From the NCBI RefSeq assembly GCF_006345805.1, contig NC_043009.1, forward strand, positions 40,238,001 to 40,302,000: a stretch of DNA of 64,000 nucleotides. The letters run 5' to 3'. The notes under the pieces were generated by a model. The model had not been told where the DNA came from. It saw only the letters and a program-made list of their open reading frames with translations, and ran no database searches. Of the stretch, positions 25,753-40,290 are shown in pieces. The first letter of the stretch is position 1. Each line of letters begins with the position of its first letter. The DNA comes from Octopus sinensis. Its lineage: Eukaryota. The translations under genes and the position numbers were made by a program.

Positions 25753-26734
25753 ATACATATATATATATATATATGATTAAAAAGTGTATAAATACACAAA
25801 CGAACATACACTAAATACACAGGGGAATAGGAAACACAAAGGGTCACCAGCTCCTCATCAGTTATCAGCGGGTCAAACGCAATTTCGGCTATTATCGATA
25901 ATATTGCTTCCCCTCTGGAGGGAAGAAACTTACCGAGAATGGGATCAAAACATAACAGAACGAAACGGGCTCGAGACGAGACCGTTAGTGGACGGACGAG
26001 GGACAAAACAATAAACAATAAATGCTTAGAGCCAGACGAAGACAACAATTTTTTGTTTCTGTAGTTTCAGCTCAGAGCTGCGGCCATGCTGATGCACCGC
26101 CGTTATATATATTAATAATAATATATATTAGTAATAATATATATACAACAAAAATGTCTTGGGGCTGCGAGACCAGACAAAAGTAGATAACGCGAAGGAG
26201 AAATGAAAACTGTCCTAAAGGACTAAAGACTCAGAGAGAGATTGTGATAGATAGTTGCTTATTTTAATCTAATACTGCTTTTGTTGCAACACAAGCCATT
26301 CTTCAATAACTGTATTCTTATATCAGTAGTCACGGACTTTATATTAGCCTGTGGTTGCCACTGAGTACATGCTACTGAGAAAGTGCAAGGACACAGAAAT
26401 GCACTTCAATAATTTTCACCGCCTCTGTTTGAAGATATACTTCTGTTACGCACAATAATTTTTTGCGCAATAATTTTTTAGATACATGATATTATCTCCC
26501 TGCAAATACTACTCTTAATCTTGTGCGAATGTATGTGTTTGCGTGTGCATACATACATACATACATATACACACACACTCGTACAAATACATACACATAC
26601 ATGCATTTATTCGCGCATAAATACATACGTACATCCAAATATATATATATATAAATTAAAAATAAATATTAGGGAATAAATCCAAACTTACAGGGAAAAA
26701 TCAGATTTAGAATTGAATCCAATTTTATAGTAAA

Positions 26735-26985
26735 ATATTATATTATATTAAATTAGAGACAAAACCACTATTAGGCAAATCAAACAATGAAAAACTTAAG
26801 CCAATACATAAGATTATTTAATTTATATTATTTAAATATATAACAAAATTATTAAAAAAATATAATTATATTTTTTTATAATTTTGTTATATATTTAAAT
26901 ATATAAATTAAATAATCTTATGTATTGGCTTAAGTTTTTCATTGTTTGATTTGCCTAATAGTGGTTTTGTCTCTAATTTAATATA

Positions 26986-26994
<9 letters not shown>
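26735..26994. repeat. 260-bp near-perfect spacerless palindrome
   Basis: Arms of about 130 bp around tataattata (26861-26870); two 1-nt indels seen. Confidence 0.95.
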
Positions 26995-27077
<83 letters not shown>

Positions 27078-27222
27078 GAGGATAATTTTATAATTTCGTT
27101 AAATCGAAGAAAAAATATATGACTGCTGATGGAAGTACTCAGGTAACACAGAGACGAAGGGCAAAATAAACTGAAAGATATAATGAATAAACGCACCAAT
27201 TGGTCAAAACAACTTTATGACA

Positions 27223-27896
27223 TTCCCATAATATCATATATCGAATACACACACACACACACACATTAAAACATCAGGGCATCTAATTGTAAAACCCAGT
27301 AGTATAAAATATACATATATATACGAATAAAAGGTGATAAAACCTAAAAGGGTAATACGAGAGAAATCGAATGAAGAAAAATATATGGATTAAATTAATG
27401 CATAATAAAAGCGACTTAAAATTTAAGGTAATAAAAGGAAAATAATATGAATATAAATATAAACATATAAAAATATAGGGCAAAGTAGTAACCAGAAAAA
27501 AGTCCATTCAAATCCATCTCTACGATCGTTTCAAAAGACGTTACCTCACTTCGTCAATGTAAAATCCGCAAAAGAAATTCAAAGGTAATGATCTTTTCTT
27601 CATGAGAAAATTGTGGCTGTCAAAAGATTCTAAAATGGCTACCACTATACCCTATATATTTATATTTATATTTATATTTAGATTATTTTAGTTTCATTGC
27701 CTTAAATTTTTAGTCGCTTTTATTATGCTTTAATCTAATATATATTTTTCTTCATTCGACTTTACACGTATTACCCGTTTAGGTTTACCACCTTGTATTC
27801 GTATATATGTGTATATTTTATACCTCTGGGTTTTACCATTGGATGCCCTGATGTTTTAATATATATATCTATGTTCAATATATGATAATATGGGAA
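27223..27896. repeat. Diverged inverted repeat (about 250-bp arms)
   Basis: 27223-27480 is the reverse complement of 27650-27896 with scattered substitutions. Confidence 0.9.
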
Positions 27897-27945
27897 ACAC
27901 GGAAATTGTTTGAAAGCCTGTCGTATGTATATATATATACACACA

Positions 27946-27993
<48 letters not shown>

Positions 27994-28257
27994 CATATAT
28001 GCATGCATTTATGTATATATGTATGTATATATATGTATGTATGAATATGTATTTATACATGTGCGAGTCTTTGTGCTTGAGTTTCTCCAACATAACTGCT
28101 ACCGTCGCACAACTGGAGTTGATTTGCTTATATGCTTCTTACCTAGCAGTTGCACAAACGATCCCAATCGAGTTATCGGAGTCGATTTGTTCAAGTAACC
28201 CAAAAAAGAGGCGCCCTAGCACAGCCGAAGTCGGATGTCTGAAATAAGTAAAAGCTA

Positions 28258-28273
28258 ATATTTATTTATTTAT

Positions 28274-28354
<81 letters not shown>

Positions 28355-28373
28355 TTCTATCTATCTATCTATC

Positions 28374-28404
<31 letters not shown>

Positions 28405-28431
28405 CTATCTATTTATCTATCTATCTATCTT

Positions 28432-28490
<59 letters not shown>

Positions 28491-28520
28491 GTCTATCTGT
28501 CTGTCTGTCTGTCTGTCTAT
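28258..28520. repeat. (TATC)n tetranucleotide microsatellite
   Basis: Directly visible. Confidence 0.95.
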
Positions 28521-29612
28521 AAATGCTTTGCATACAACTTGCACATGCAAGTGCTACCAGTCGAGAGCTCCGCATACCGGAAGCCAGCAAATTTCTGGGG
28601 TCTTCAGGAGATATATATGAAATACAGGAGGATCAGTTAATTATGATTTTATTCAAAATATTCGCTTCTCAGATTCAGGCAGTTATTGCACTGGTCCTTC
28701 AATTTTTCTGCGGCCTGTAAAAGAAGTTCAACCAGGCATCTCGTCATATCCTTAAAACCAGGAACTTTTCAGCACCCCCCCCCATATACATATATATATA
28801 TATATATGAGGAAAATAATGTTTTTTGGTGGTCAATATTTCGAAAGTTGCCTTGTCATTGAAACCTATATTACTCTATATTCTTTTATCTCTATTTAGTG
28901 AACGCTAACTTTTGTTCTGTATAGGAATTTCATCTCCTTCTATTTTCTTCTTTTATATATATATATATTAAACCCTGCACGACTTCTATACACACTGTCT
29001 TTTACTACCCGCCATTGCTTCTTCACCAAACTTTTTGGCGCCCTCCGATTCTTCCCCTCTCTTCCTCCCATCCTCCTTAATCCCTTCTTTCTCCTTCTCT
29101 CTTGGTCACTGATTCTGTCCCCTGCCTTCCACCCTCTTTGATTCCCTCTCTCTCTGTCTCTCTTCTCTCTCTCCTGCGACCTGCTGCTTCTTCAACCATT
29201 CTGTTGGCCTTCGTATCTCGACCAACATGTGTCCCCGCTACCGAAACGGTAATTATTCTACGCCAGCTGCTATGTTGTTGTTGTTTTGTCTCATTTGGTC
29301 TAAAGTCGTATGACAACCACCGTTATATATATTTTGTTTTTTCATTACTGTTTTCAATTTCGTTTTCGTCTCTTGTATTCACATCCGTCTTGTGCGTTCA
29401 CATTCCTGTCTTCTACCAAGAAATCTAATGCTTACAGCTTAGTTTTTTTTCTTGGGGCTGGCCGAGTTGGAGCAAATATCAGAATTGAACAGCCGAAATT
29501 TGCTATGATGATTCGGTGTCTGACTGAAGATTGAAGGCTTCGAATGATTTGTCTGTGTTCCGTGTTCGTCCCTTCCTGTATTTCACGTTCATTATATATA
29601 AAAACATTCATT

Positions 29613-29650
<38 letters not shown>

Positions 29651-29945
29651 AGCTTAGAGAAGAAGAAGAAACGAAACCAAACCAAACGAATCGAATCGAC
29701 GCGAAGGCGCTCAGTCATACAATAGTGTAATAAATAAAATATATGCATACATACAAACATATATGTACGAACCTACATCTACATGTATATATACATGCAT
29801 ATATAAATATATATACGTGTGTACAGGACACCACAAATAGACGTAGAACTCAACGAGAAACGAAAACGTAAAAACAGCATGGAACGGACCATTTTTTTAA
29901 CAACGAAAAAACAGAGTACAAGACAACTTCATCAGCTGTCCCTAG

Positions 29946-29995
<50 letters not shown>

Positions 29996-30090
29996 GGAGT
30001 AAACACATAAATGTGAAACAAGGTAGAAAGAAAGAGTACTCAAATACCAGGGGTAGAGTAATATGCTTTATTTAAAAGCAGCACAAATTC

Positions 30091-30143
30091 AACAAAACCT
30101 GATACTGGGAGTTTCCCGTTCCCGTTCGTCGGACAGTTTTGTT
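30091..30143 (-). ncRNA. Type I hammerhead-like motif
   Basis: AACAAAACTGT-CCGACGA-ACG-GGAA-CGG-GAAAC-TCCCA-GTA-TCAGGTTTTGTT: about 10-bp stem I with one bulge, GNRA loop II. Confidence 0.65.
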
Positions 30144-30936
30144 AAAATTTTTAAATAAAGCATATATATATATATAAAGAGGGTGAGAGAGAGAGAGTGC
30201 GATGCATCCAACTATTTGTACGTGCACGTGTGTGTTTGTGTATGTGTGTGTGTGTGTGTATGTGTGTGTACTGACACAGCAGTATGATACAACAATTACA
30301 ATTGGATGCGTCAATAATTCGCATGCAACGTATTCATATCTTACATGGAAACTCTGGTCACTTGGGGCATAGGAGAAGCACATGCTGTTTTGTGCATTAC
30401 CTGTTGTTTCAAATCAATAAAACAATAAAACGCTACTTATAATGCAAATATTTAGCAACTGCAGATTTAAGAACGGTTTATCGTTAAATTATGCTTTATT
30501 CTGCGTCACTGTCTAGTGATTATTTCCGAATCAAACCAGGTCATATACTTCAGATATTCCCACTTCACAATACTTTCTCCTTTAATTTCACTGATTCAAA
30601 TTCTCCACAGTACACCTGGCCTGGAAATGTACTTCGCTCCAGTATATCCGAGAAATACAAATAGGTGACCGACAGTTTCCTACGTCATATGTTCTTTAAC
30701 ATTTCTTTCATAATTGAATTTCAAATAAGCACAATCCTTATGTGGGTCATATTAACGTGGTCTGTCTCTTTTTTTAAAATCTTATTTTCAGGAGGGGAGA
30801 CAGTATCTATGCACGATTGTAGAACTTTCGAGACTGGTACAAAGAAAGAGTAAAGTGCCCTCAAACGGGAGTCCTGCAACGATGTGTATACAGCTAAGTG
30901 TACTCGAGATACTAGTTGGAGATGTTAAATCTATCA

Positions 30937-31145
30937 CTCTTTATTGCCCACAAAGCGCTAAACATAGAGGGGACAAACAAGGAAAGATAAAAGGATTAAT
31001 TCGATTACATCGACACCAGTGCGTAACTGGTGCTTAATTTTTCAACCCCGAAAGGATGAAAGGCAAAATTGACCTCGGCGAAATTTGAACTCAGAACGTA
31101 CTAGCAGACGAAAAACCGTGTAGCATTTCGCCCGGCGTGCTGACG
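30937..31145 (-). mobile_element. SINE family A, full length
   Basis: Matches 16276-16506. Confidence 0.88.
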
Positions 31146-33383
31146 TTTCTGCTAGCTCGCCGCCTTCATCCAAGTAAAACTCTTGGCGGCATTTGAAGTC
31201 AGAACGCAAAAGGTGGAACAAATCTTGCGAGGCATCCGGTCCAAACTTCTTACATGTTCACAACTGAACCACATGTTTTTATCAACTCTGCGAGAATGAA
31301 AAGCAACGTTGACCGGGGAAGCATTTGAACTCAGAAATTCAGAGGAAATGCCGCGATGTATACTAACGGATGTTCACATGGCTCAGCAATATTGCTTCCT
31401 GCAATAGCACAATGATTTAATCATTCCTATTAAGGAAGCAGACCTGGACTTTACATCCCGAACATATAAACAGAAACCCTCAACATCGTTACAACAACCG
31501 GTCCAAACTTCTTACATGTTCATCCACAACATCTTTACAAATGTTTGGATTTCTAGTCTCTATTAATATCGACTAGTCTACATTTTAGAGTCTAGATTTT
31601 CGTTTTATTGCCATGAAATACTTCATTCCTGATATTATTAAACTTCTACAGAACTCAAACAAAACCTACAGTAGGTCTTACATTCTGTCAATTCTTCATA
31701 AGCCGACGCCAAAAGTAAAACACCTATGTTATGCTTAAACTTGGCCTCTTCTAGAGCAGCAAACATTAACTGAACGGCCTGAAAAAGGCCTGTAAATGCA
31801 TGAGCAATGCTTTCCCTCCCTTTGACTAATTTATTTTAAAATTCTCCTTATATTATGCGTAGAGCTTTACTTTTAGAAACTTTGCTATTGTTTCGAATGT
31901 TTCTCATGTTTAATTGACATTTGTCAGCATACATGCACCGGAAACTGTGCAAGTCCATCGGTTTTGTGTAAACTTATTCTCCTCAAACAATATTGGTATT
32001 ACAGTGAACTTAACTGACCTTAACTATTTTTAATCGGCTTCACGTATTGCTCAGCACATTCCACCGATTTTACAAGGATGACCGACGCCAAAGACAATCG
32101 TTCCTTTGTTTGTTTGTTTGCTAGGGATTGTCTGTTAAATAAATTTTTCGAGCTTTTCTGTGGAATGAAGATTAAAAAGAAAATGCCTTTCTCCTCGCGT
32201 TACCTGTCATTTCAAACCACAAAATAAACACTGAAAGAATTTAACTTACACCTGTTTTGTCAATTATTCCGCCCCCATCACTCAAGTGTTTAACAGTAAG
32301 CATTACATCCGAATACGTCATCGTTCACGAATAGTTGTTGGAGCAGAGTAAAATCCTTTTTAAATTTATGTCTGAAAAATTAAATAGTAAAATTTTCGTT
32401 TATGTCCGACTTCATCTGTAGATTAACATCAGATGGTTAATATCAGATATATCTGTATCATTGTCTGTCGTCTGGAAGATCAACGATGCTTAGAATTAAA
32501 TGAAATGAGTTTATTTATACTCATATGTATTCAGTCGAGAAGTAGGTTAATATTTAATGGAAAGACTTTCAGTGAAGTCTGGAGGGGAGAAAAAACCGTC
32601 TACATAAACTTATTTATATATTTATGTTGTGACTTCTTCATAAGCAGAAGCCAAAGGTAAGCTAAACATTGCTACGTTCTATCTTAGCTTCTTGTTATCA
32701 TTGTAACCCCGAGCAGGAAGAATATATTACAATAATATTTATTATGTATGAATCTTTTCATCCATAAAATTTAATGGATTATTACAATATGAGAACAAAT
32801 GGCCTTTACTGGCTGGAGAGAATTCTTCTTACAACTGCATATAATATTAGTGGTTATCTCTGAGATTTTCCCTTTCTTCTGATGATATGCTATTATAAAT
32901 ATTAGCTGTCAGCTTGAATTGATAAATAAATCAAGTAGCAGAATTTAATGGTTTGCAGATGCTTTTAAAATGAGATTTGCAAACTGTTAGATACGGTTAC
33001 GGGAAGTTGCCGTGAAAAGTCGTATTTTGCCATAAGTTGTCGTATGTGTGTGTGTGTGTATGCGTGTGTGCGCGTGTGTTTGTTTGTGTGTGTGTTTGTA
33101 TTTGCGTATGTGTGTTTATTTGCTTGTGAGTGTGCTTGTGTACAAGTGTATTTATATAAACATATGTGCATGTACGTGGGTGGTCTATGTTATTCACACT
33201 TTGATTGCCAGTCTGAATTTAGTACTACTTAGTACGCCAAGAGATTGCCATTTAACACACACACACACACACACACCACACACACACACACACACACACG
33301 CACACACACATATGTATATACACACATATGTATACATATATATACATACATATATAGCTGTCGCACTCTCTCACTCTCTCTCG

Positions 33384-33438
<55 letters not shown>

Positions 33439-33525
33439 GTGTGTGTGTGTGTGTGTATGTGTATTTCATTTTTGGTTTGCAAGATTCTTTATGTGAGTTC
33501 GTGTGTTGAGAGAAGCATATTCTGT

Positions 33526-33674
33526 TGGGTCTGGGGAGAGTAATTTTTTTTTGTGCCTTATAATTAAACACAAACACACCGGTAGGAAAATAAAAATAAG
33601 GAATAAGTAGAAATTTTACCGGTGAGTGTGTTAGATTATAAGGCACAAAAAGAAAATGACTCTCCCCAGACACA
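33526..33674. repeat. Inverted repeat of a family E fragment
   Basis: Arms 33526-33584 and 33617-33674; the right arm matches 17100-17175. Confidence 0.85.
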
Positions 33675-34197
33675 ACAATATATGTACGTATTTATATATA
33701 TATATATTAAATTGTATATAACAAAAACATCAATAATGGTTGCTTCTTTAAATAACTAAATATATAAATATATTATTACAAAGCTAAATGCAGAAAGGCG
33801 TAACTTAATCTAAAGCATGAAATCTCATTTCTCATATTTTATATTTAATATTCCCTGTTATATAACCACTCAAGCCTTTCATTTCAAGCTTTCGTAAATA
33901 AATTAACAGATAAAATAAACAAACAGCCTATTTGACAGAAACGATTTTCCGAACCAACAAAAACAGATCAAAGATAAGGATATATATAGTCTTTAAATTA
34001 TGCAAGATAATAGCAAAGTAAAACACAAATGTTTATTTAGAGGCTGGTTTTATATATATTTGTATACAGAAACCATCTTTTAATGATAGTAATATTAACG
34101 GGAAGATGGAAGAAGAGTTAAAGAGAAACACTTGTATTACGTACGACTTCACACGAATTTCTAATAGTCAAACTGTCGAATGAAAGTGTGTATACAA

Positions 34198-34233
<36 letters not shown>

Positions 34234-34252
34234 TGTGTGTGTGTGTGTGTGT

Positions 34253-34286
<34 letters not shown>

Positions 34287-34418
34287 TGTGTGTGTGTGTG
34301 TGTGTGTGCGTGTGTGTGAGTGTGTGTGTGTGAGTGTGTGTGTGTGCGTGTGTGTATGAATGTATGTATATATATATATAGAGAGAGAGAGATAGATAGA
34401 TAGATAGATAGATATAAA

Positions 34419-34458
<40 letters not shown>

Positions 34459-35616
34459 AATATGTATACACACGCACACACACATATATACATATGAGTA
34501 TACACACATACATATATACTTAAATGAATGAATAAATAGATAAATAAATAAATAAGTCAGATGGATAAAAAGTGAATAATGGATTGGTATCTCTGCTTTT
34601 TTTTTATATTTTTAAATTACAGAAAGGAAGCAAGGTTTGAGTGAGATGTTTAAATATAAGAAAATACATCAGCAGGTGCCGGAAATGTAACAGGATGTGA
34701 AGAGGAAATTTTGTAGTGGAGGCAAGCATCTTAGATACCGCCCACCTTATCGCTAAATCTACATACCATTCGGGTAAGATGAAGTGCTACGGTAATTAGA
34801 ACTTCTTCTTTACACTGCTAGATTTCCGCTGGAATCGCTTAGCAGTGTAGATGATTGTGCTGCAGCGAAACTAGGCAGATGTCTCTTTGGGTTGACACCG
34901 GAACCAGCTTTACTTGATTAATTACATGCAGAAGATACTTCAGGCGCTATCTCTTATGATATTGACAAAAATGTCGTCTTTATATTTGATCTAACATTTG
35001 TCTCTTGTTACCAAACAAGAAATTCAATAATATTCGATACTGCATGCCCTTTATTCTAAATTTCATATCTTCTGCACATAGCTATTGCTTCTATCTTTTT
35101 TCTAATTCATGTTTTATTATTTTTTTTCTCCTTAAACCATTGTTTCATAAAAACAATGTTAAAAATGCGTTAAATCTGCAATTATTTGCTTACAGCTCAA
35201 AAGCCGTACAAAAAAATTTGATAAAAAGAGGAATTTTACTAAAGTTTTTCGCTATATTGACTGCGCAGTTATTAAATTTTTTTAGTTCTCATAAATTTCA
35301 AATAAGGAAGCCCAAAATTGCAACAAATATCTACGGATAGCCTTTGTTAAAAACTAGCGGTGTTACAATGCGCTTGACAGTAAATCACCCTAGTTATCTT
35401 CCTTGGCAATATTTACCTTATTTTGTAGGGTTTTAATCACTGAATTGCAGCAACAGCAGTATAGCCCTTTAATGAATTAGGAACCCAATACATATCTTTA
35501 TCCTGTACTTATTTTATCGATATGGAACCGTTGTCACGAAACATTAAAGAAAACACAAAGAAAACCCCATTTTTAGCAAGCACCTGTATGTATATATATA
35601 TATATGTGTGTGTGTG

Positions 35617-35683
<67 letters not shown>

Positions 35684-35718
35684 TTGTATGTATATACGTA
35701 CAGACATACGTACATACA

Positions 35719-35749
<31 letters not shown>

Positions 35750-36498
35750 GCATGTAAACAAGAGAATTTGTTTATATAACATTCAGTAACTAAATATCGT
35801 ATAAGCAAGCTTTACGGTTTTGTTTTACTCTCTGTATGTACTCTGTGGCCTACCTAAGTGCAGATTCCTACCAAGTGAAACTTAGACTATGATATGATCC
35901 ACGTCACAGTTTCGCCTTATTTATGCAAGAAGACACACGGAGATCGAAATGTTGCTTAACTGTCATGCAACTTAAATATAAATCGTAACTATCTTCACAC
36001 ACACACACACACACGCACGCACACACACACACACGTAGGTATGTATGTAGGTATGTATGTATTACACTAATGGCGAAATTAACGACGTGTGAAATTGAGT
36101 AAAATCAACGTAATACTATTAAGCTTATGCTCATGAAAATAGAACGAAACAGAAATCTATTCGACGTTTCTAATTCAATTCTTTCTTCTGAAAGAGCGAA
36201 AGAGGGAAGAAAAACAAAACTGCGTTTTAATGTAAGTGAAGCTAGGTTAGAAATGACCAGAAGTTAGAGGAAACCAGAATTTAGCAGAGAGAAAGAGAGA
36301 AAATTCGAACGATCGAAACTGATAGGGGAGGTAATTGCGAGACAAATATGCCTGGCTATATTTGCATGAGTGTTTGTATGCCAAAGTGCCTTAAAAATAT
36401 GTTCGTGTGTCGTTAGGAGTATATTTCGAGGCTGTGCTTGTGCCTGTGTGTGAGTGTGTGGCTTGCTTTGGACTATATGTGTGCATTGGTTCTCTTTT

Positions 36499-36913
36499 TC
36501 TTTTACTCTCTTTTACTCTTTTACTTGTTTCAGTCATCTGACTGCGGCCATGCTGGAGCACCGCCTTTAGTCGAGCAAATCGACCCCGGGACTTATTCTT
36601 TGTAAGCCCAGTACTTATTCTATCGGTCTCTTTTGCCGAACCGCTAAGTTACGGGGACGTAAACACACCAGCATCGGTTGTCAAGCAATGCTAGGGGGAC
36701 AAACACAGACACACAAACACATACACACACATACATACATATATATACATATATACGACAGGCTTCGTTCAGTTTCCGTCTACCAAATCCACTCACAAGG
36801 CATTGGTCGGCCCGAGGCTATAGCAGAAGACACCTGCCGAAGATGCCACGCAGTGGAACTGAACCCGGAACAATGTGGTTGGTAAGCAAGCTACTTATCA
36901 CACAGCCACTCCT
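36499..36913 (-). mobile_element. SINE family B, full length
   Basis: High similarity to 19529-19950; (ttttactc)n tail. Confidence 0.9.
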
Positions 36914-38342
36914 TGTTTAAATGTTGCATGTGGATATATACGTATATGTACATGTGTATGTGTCTGTGTTTGTCCTCCACCACCACTTGACAGTCGGTGT
37001 TGGTGTCAAGCTAGTGGTTCAGTAAAACTGACGATAAAATAAATACCAGGCTTAAAAAACTAAAAATCACTGGTATCAACTCATTCGCCTAAGATTGAAA
37101 GGGGTACTACAGTATGGCCACTGTCTAGCGACTGAAACTAGTAAAAAAATGAAAGAATAAAAGTTTATATGTATATATGTATATATATATGTGTGTGTAT
37201 GTGTGTTTGTGTGTGAATGTATGTATGAATGTATGTATGTGTATACTCACATACTTACACACACACATACACACACGCACACATAAACACACACACACAT
37301 ACACACACTCATATGTCGATACTATATATGATATATGATACAAAAGAATATATTAATAAAGTTTTCGCAAACATTGTATGTTGAAACAAATGTATATATC
37401 TTTTATTTATACGCATTGTTTTCGGAGACTGAAAAAAATGCAGCTCGAACTTCAATGGTATTTAAAAAATTTTATCAATATCAGCTTAAATGCTAAAATT
37501 TCCACGAAAATACAACTTTTACAATCGCTGTTAGCAAGGGCTTAAATAACTTGGATACCCAGATTTGCATACTGAACGCGTTATACGTACCTAGTTTGGT
37601 TAATAAATTATTGGAGAATTGAGAGACTTTTGTTTCATTACTATACTGAATACATCTATAGATTTTTAGCAATACTGTGTGTTTATACATATAAATATTG
37701 TTTCATTTAATACGATGTTATTCACTGTAGTGATATAAAATTAATTCACTGTTAATACACTAGTGGTTTATGAATCGAAATAGCTACTGATAATGCTTTA
37801 TGTGTACAAATTGAGATCTGTTTACTTAAACCCTTAGTAATAGCGAATTTATAAGCAGTGTATCCGTTGACAAGAGATAAAGGATATTCGGCCATTTATG
37901 AACTCCCAGTTACAGAACTGAGATTAGTCCCGCTGAACCTTCATCTTGTGTCCATTGAAATTTTATATAGGGTAACACGATATTAGCAACTGACTATCCA
38001 CACTGTGTCGGCTAAAATCTATGGATGTATTCATGATGCACTGAAACGAAACGCTCTTCACCATCTTGTGATTTATAATTTACACATAGATATTACATAT
38101 GTCTGTGTCTAGATGTATGCGTACGTTTGTACAATATCACACACACACACACCACACACACACACATATGTGCGTGAACCAGCATGGCCGCAGTGAAATG
38201 ACTGAAACAAGTAGAAGAGTAAAAAAATATGTTCACAAATACTTATATATAAATTGAACCGTTAATCACTACACGCATTTTTCTCTCTCGGTTTTTTTTG
38301 TTTTTTTTTTTCGTTCTCTCACCGTTTTTATTTCATCTCAAT

Positions 38343-38380
38343 CCTTTCTATCGAAAAGCGTGGGCTCGAAACGTCAAAGG
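38343..38380 (+). ncRNA. Minimal hammerhead-like motif (family F)
   Basis: CCTTT-CTATCGA-A-AAGC-GTGG-GCTC-GAAAC-GTC-AAAGG. Confidence 0.55.
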
Positions 38381-38417
38381 GTTTCCTATTCTTCCCGAGC
38401 ATTAAACTAATACACCT

Positions 38418-38650
38418 ATTTCTTTATAACCCACAAGGGGCTAAACATAGAGGGGACGAACAAGGACAGACATAGGTATTAAGTCGATTACATCGACCCC
38501 AGTGCGTAACTGTTGCTTAATTTATCGACTCCGAAAGGATGAAAGGCAAAGTCGACCTCGGCGGAATTTGAACTCACAACGTAACGGCAGACGAAATACC
38601 GCTTAGCATTTCGCCCGGGGCGCTAACGATTCTGCCAGTTCGCCGCCTTC
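38418..38650 (-). mobile_element. SINE family A with perfect 16-bp TSD
   Basis: ttaaactaatacacct at 38402-38417 and 38651-38666. Confidence 0.93.
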
Positions 38651-38717
38651 TTAAACTAATACACCTGCTTGCTGCTTTGTCGTCCCTTCACCTGCCTGCG
38701 GCTTTCGTTTGCTGTAA

Positions 38718-38771
<54 letters not shown>

Positions 38772-38903
38772 ATATATATATATATATATATAATTTATGT
38801 GTGTGTGTGTGTATGTGCATATATATATATACACATTCATACACGCAGGCATTTAAATAATGAGACATAATATAATATATCGTGTTATATCAAAATTTTT
38901 GGG

Positions 38904-39218
38904 GGAGCACTCCGTCGGTTACGACGACGAGCTGATACGATTAGCGGAACAGCATACTCGTAAAGTTAACGTACAAGTGGCTGAGGCAATGCACAGACAC
39001 GTGTACCCTGAATATAGTTCTCAGGGAGATACAGCGTGACACAGAGTGTGACAAGGCTGGCCCTTTGAAATACAGGCACAACTCATTTTTGCCAGCTGAG
39101 TGGACTGGAGCAACGTGAAATAAAGTGTCTTGTTCAAGGACACAACGCGTCGCCGGGAATTGAACTCACGATCATACACTCGTTAGTCGAATGCCCTAAC
39201 CACTAAGCCACGCGCCTT
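38904..39218 (-). mobile_element. SINE family D (C-type head, different tail)
   Basis: 5' part matches family C; 3' part matches 55741-55925. Confidence 0.85.
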
Positions 39219-39601
39219 CGCTATATCATATTATATTGTATTGTATCATATTCTGTTATATTATATTATACTGTAGTGTATCATATTATATTTCAGTATA
39301 GTATTTTTGTACAAATGTTCATGCTGTGTTGTTATACTAGTAACAGATCGGCAATAAGCAAATTAGTTCTCACTCTGTGTGAATTAAGAAGCATTTCCTA
39401 AATGGCTATAAGATATTTCCTCTCGCACCATACAATTTAAATGAATTCGGAACTCTGCAATCATATCGAGATTCAGGTCTTGTGCCCAACAACTCGTGTG
39501 TGTATGTATACTACCCGAATTTCCTTCCGCCGCTAGACTAAGAAGATTAAGATATCTATTAAATATCTACACATATTTCGTATCACCATATTATATATGT
39601 A

Positions 39602-39764
39602 TAGGCGCAGCGTGGCTGTGTGGTAAGAAACTCGCTTCTCAACCACACGGTTCCGGGTTCAGTCACACTGCGTGGCACTTTGGGCAAGTTTCTTCTACTA
39701 TAGCATCGGGCCGACCAAGGCTTTGTGAGTGGATTTGGTAGATAGAAACTGAAAGAAGCCCATC

Positions 39765-39852
<88 letters not shown>

Positions 39853-40025
39853 ATTTGCATCTGTGTCTGTGTCCGTGTCGCCTCACATCGCTCCGTAACC
39901 GATGCTAGTGTGTTTACGTCCCCGTAACTTAGCGGTTCGGCATAAAAGACCGTTAGAATAAGTACTAGGCTTACAAAGAATAAGCCCTGGAGTCGATTTG
40001 TTCCACTAAGAATACAAGATTAAAA

Positions 40026-40030
<5 letters not shown>
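39602..40030 (+). mobile_element. SINE family B
   Basis: Head, internal (TA)n(TG)n and most of the tail. Confidence 0.88.
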
Positions 40031-40073
<43 letters not shown>

Positions 40074-40139
40074 TTTTATTCTTGTATTCTTTTACTTGTT
40101 TCAGTCATTTGACTGTGGCCATGCTATATATATATATAT

Positions 40140-40290
<151 letters not shown>

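Noticed and set aside
34810-34885. 10-bp hairpin followed by TAGATGA...GAAAC
   Set aside because: The core has mismatches and stems I and III do not form.
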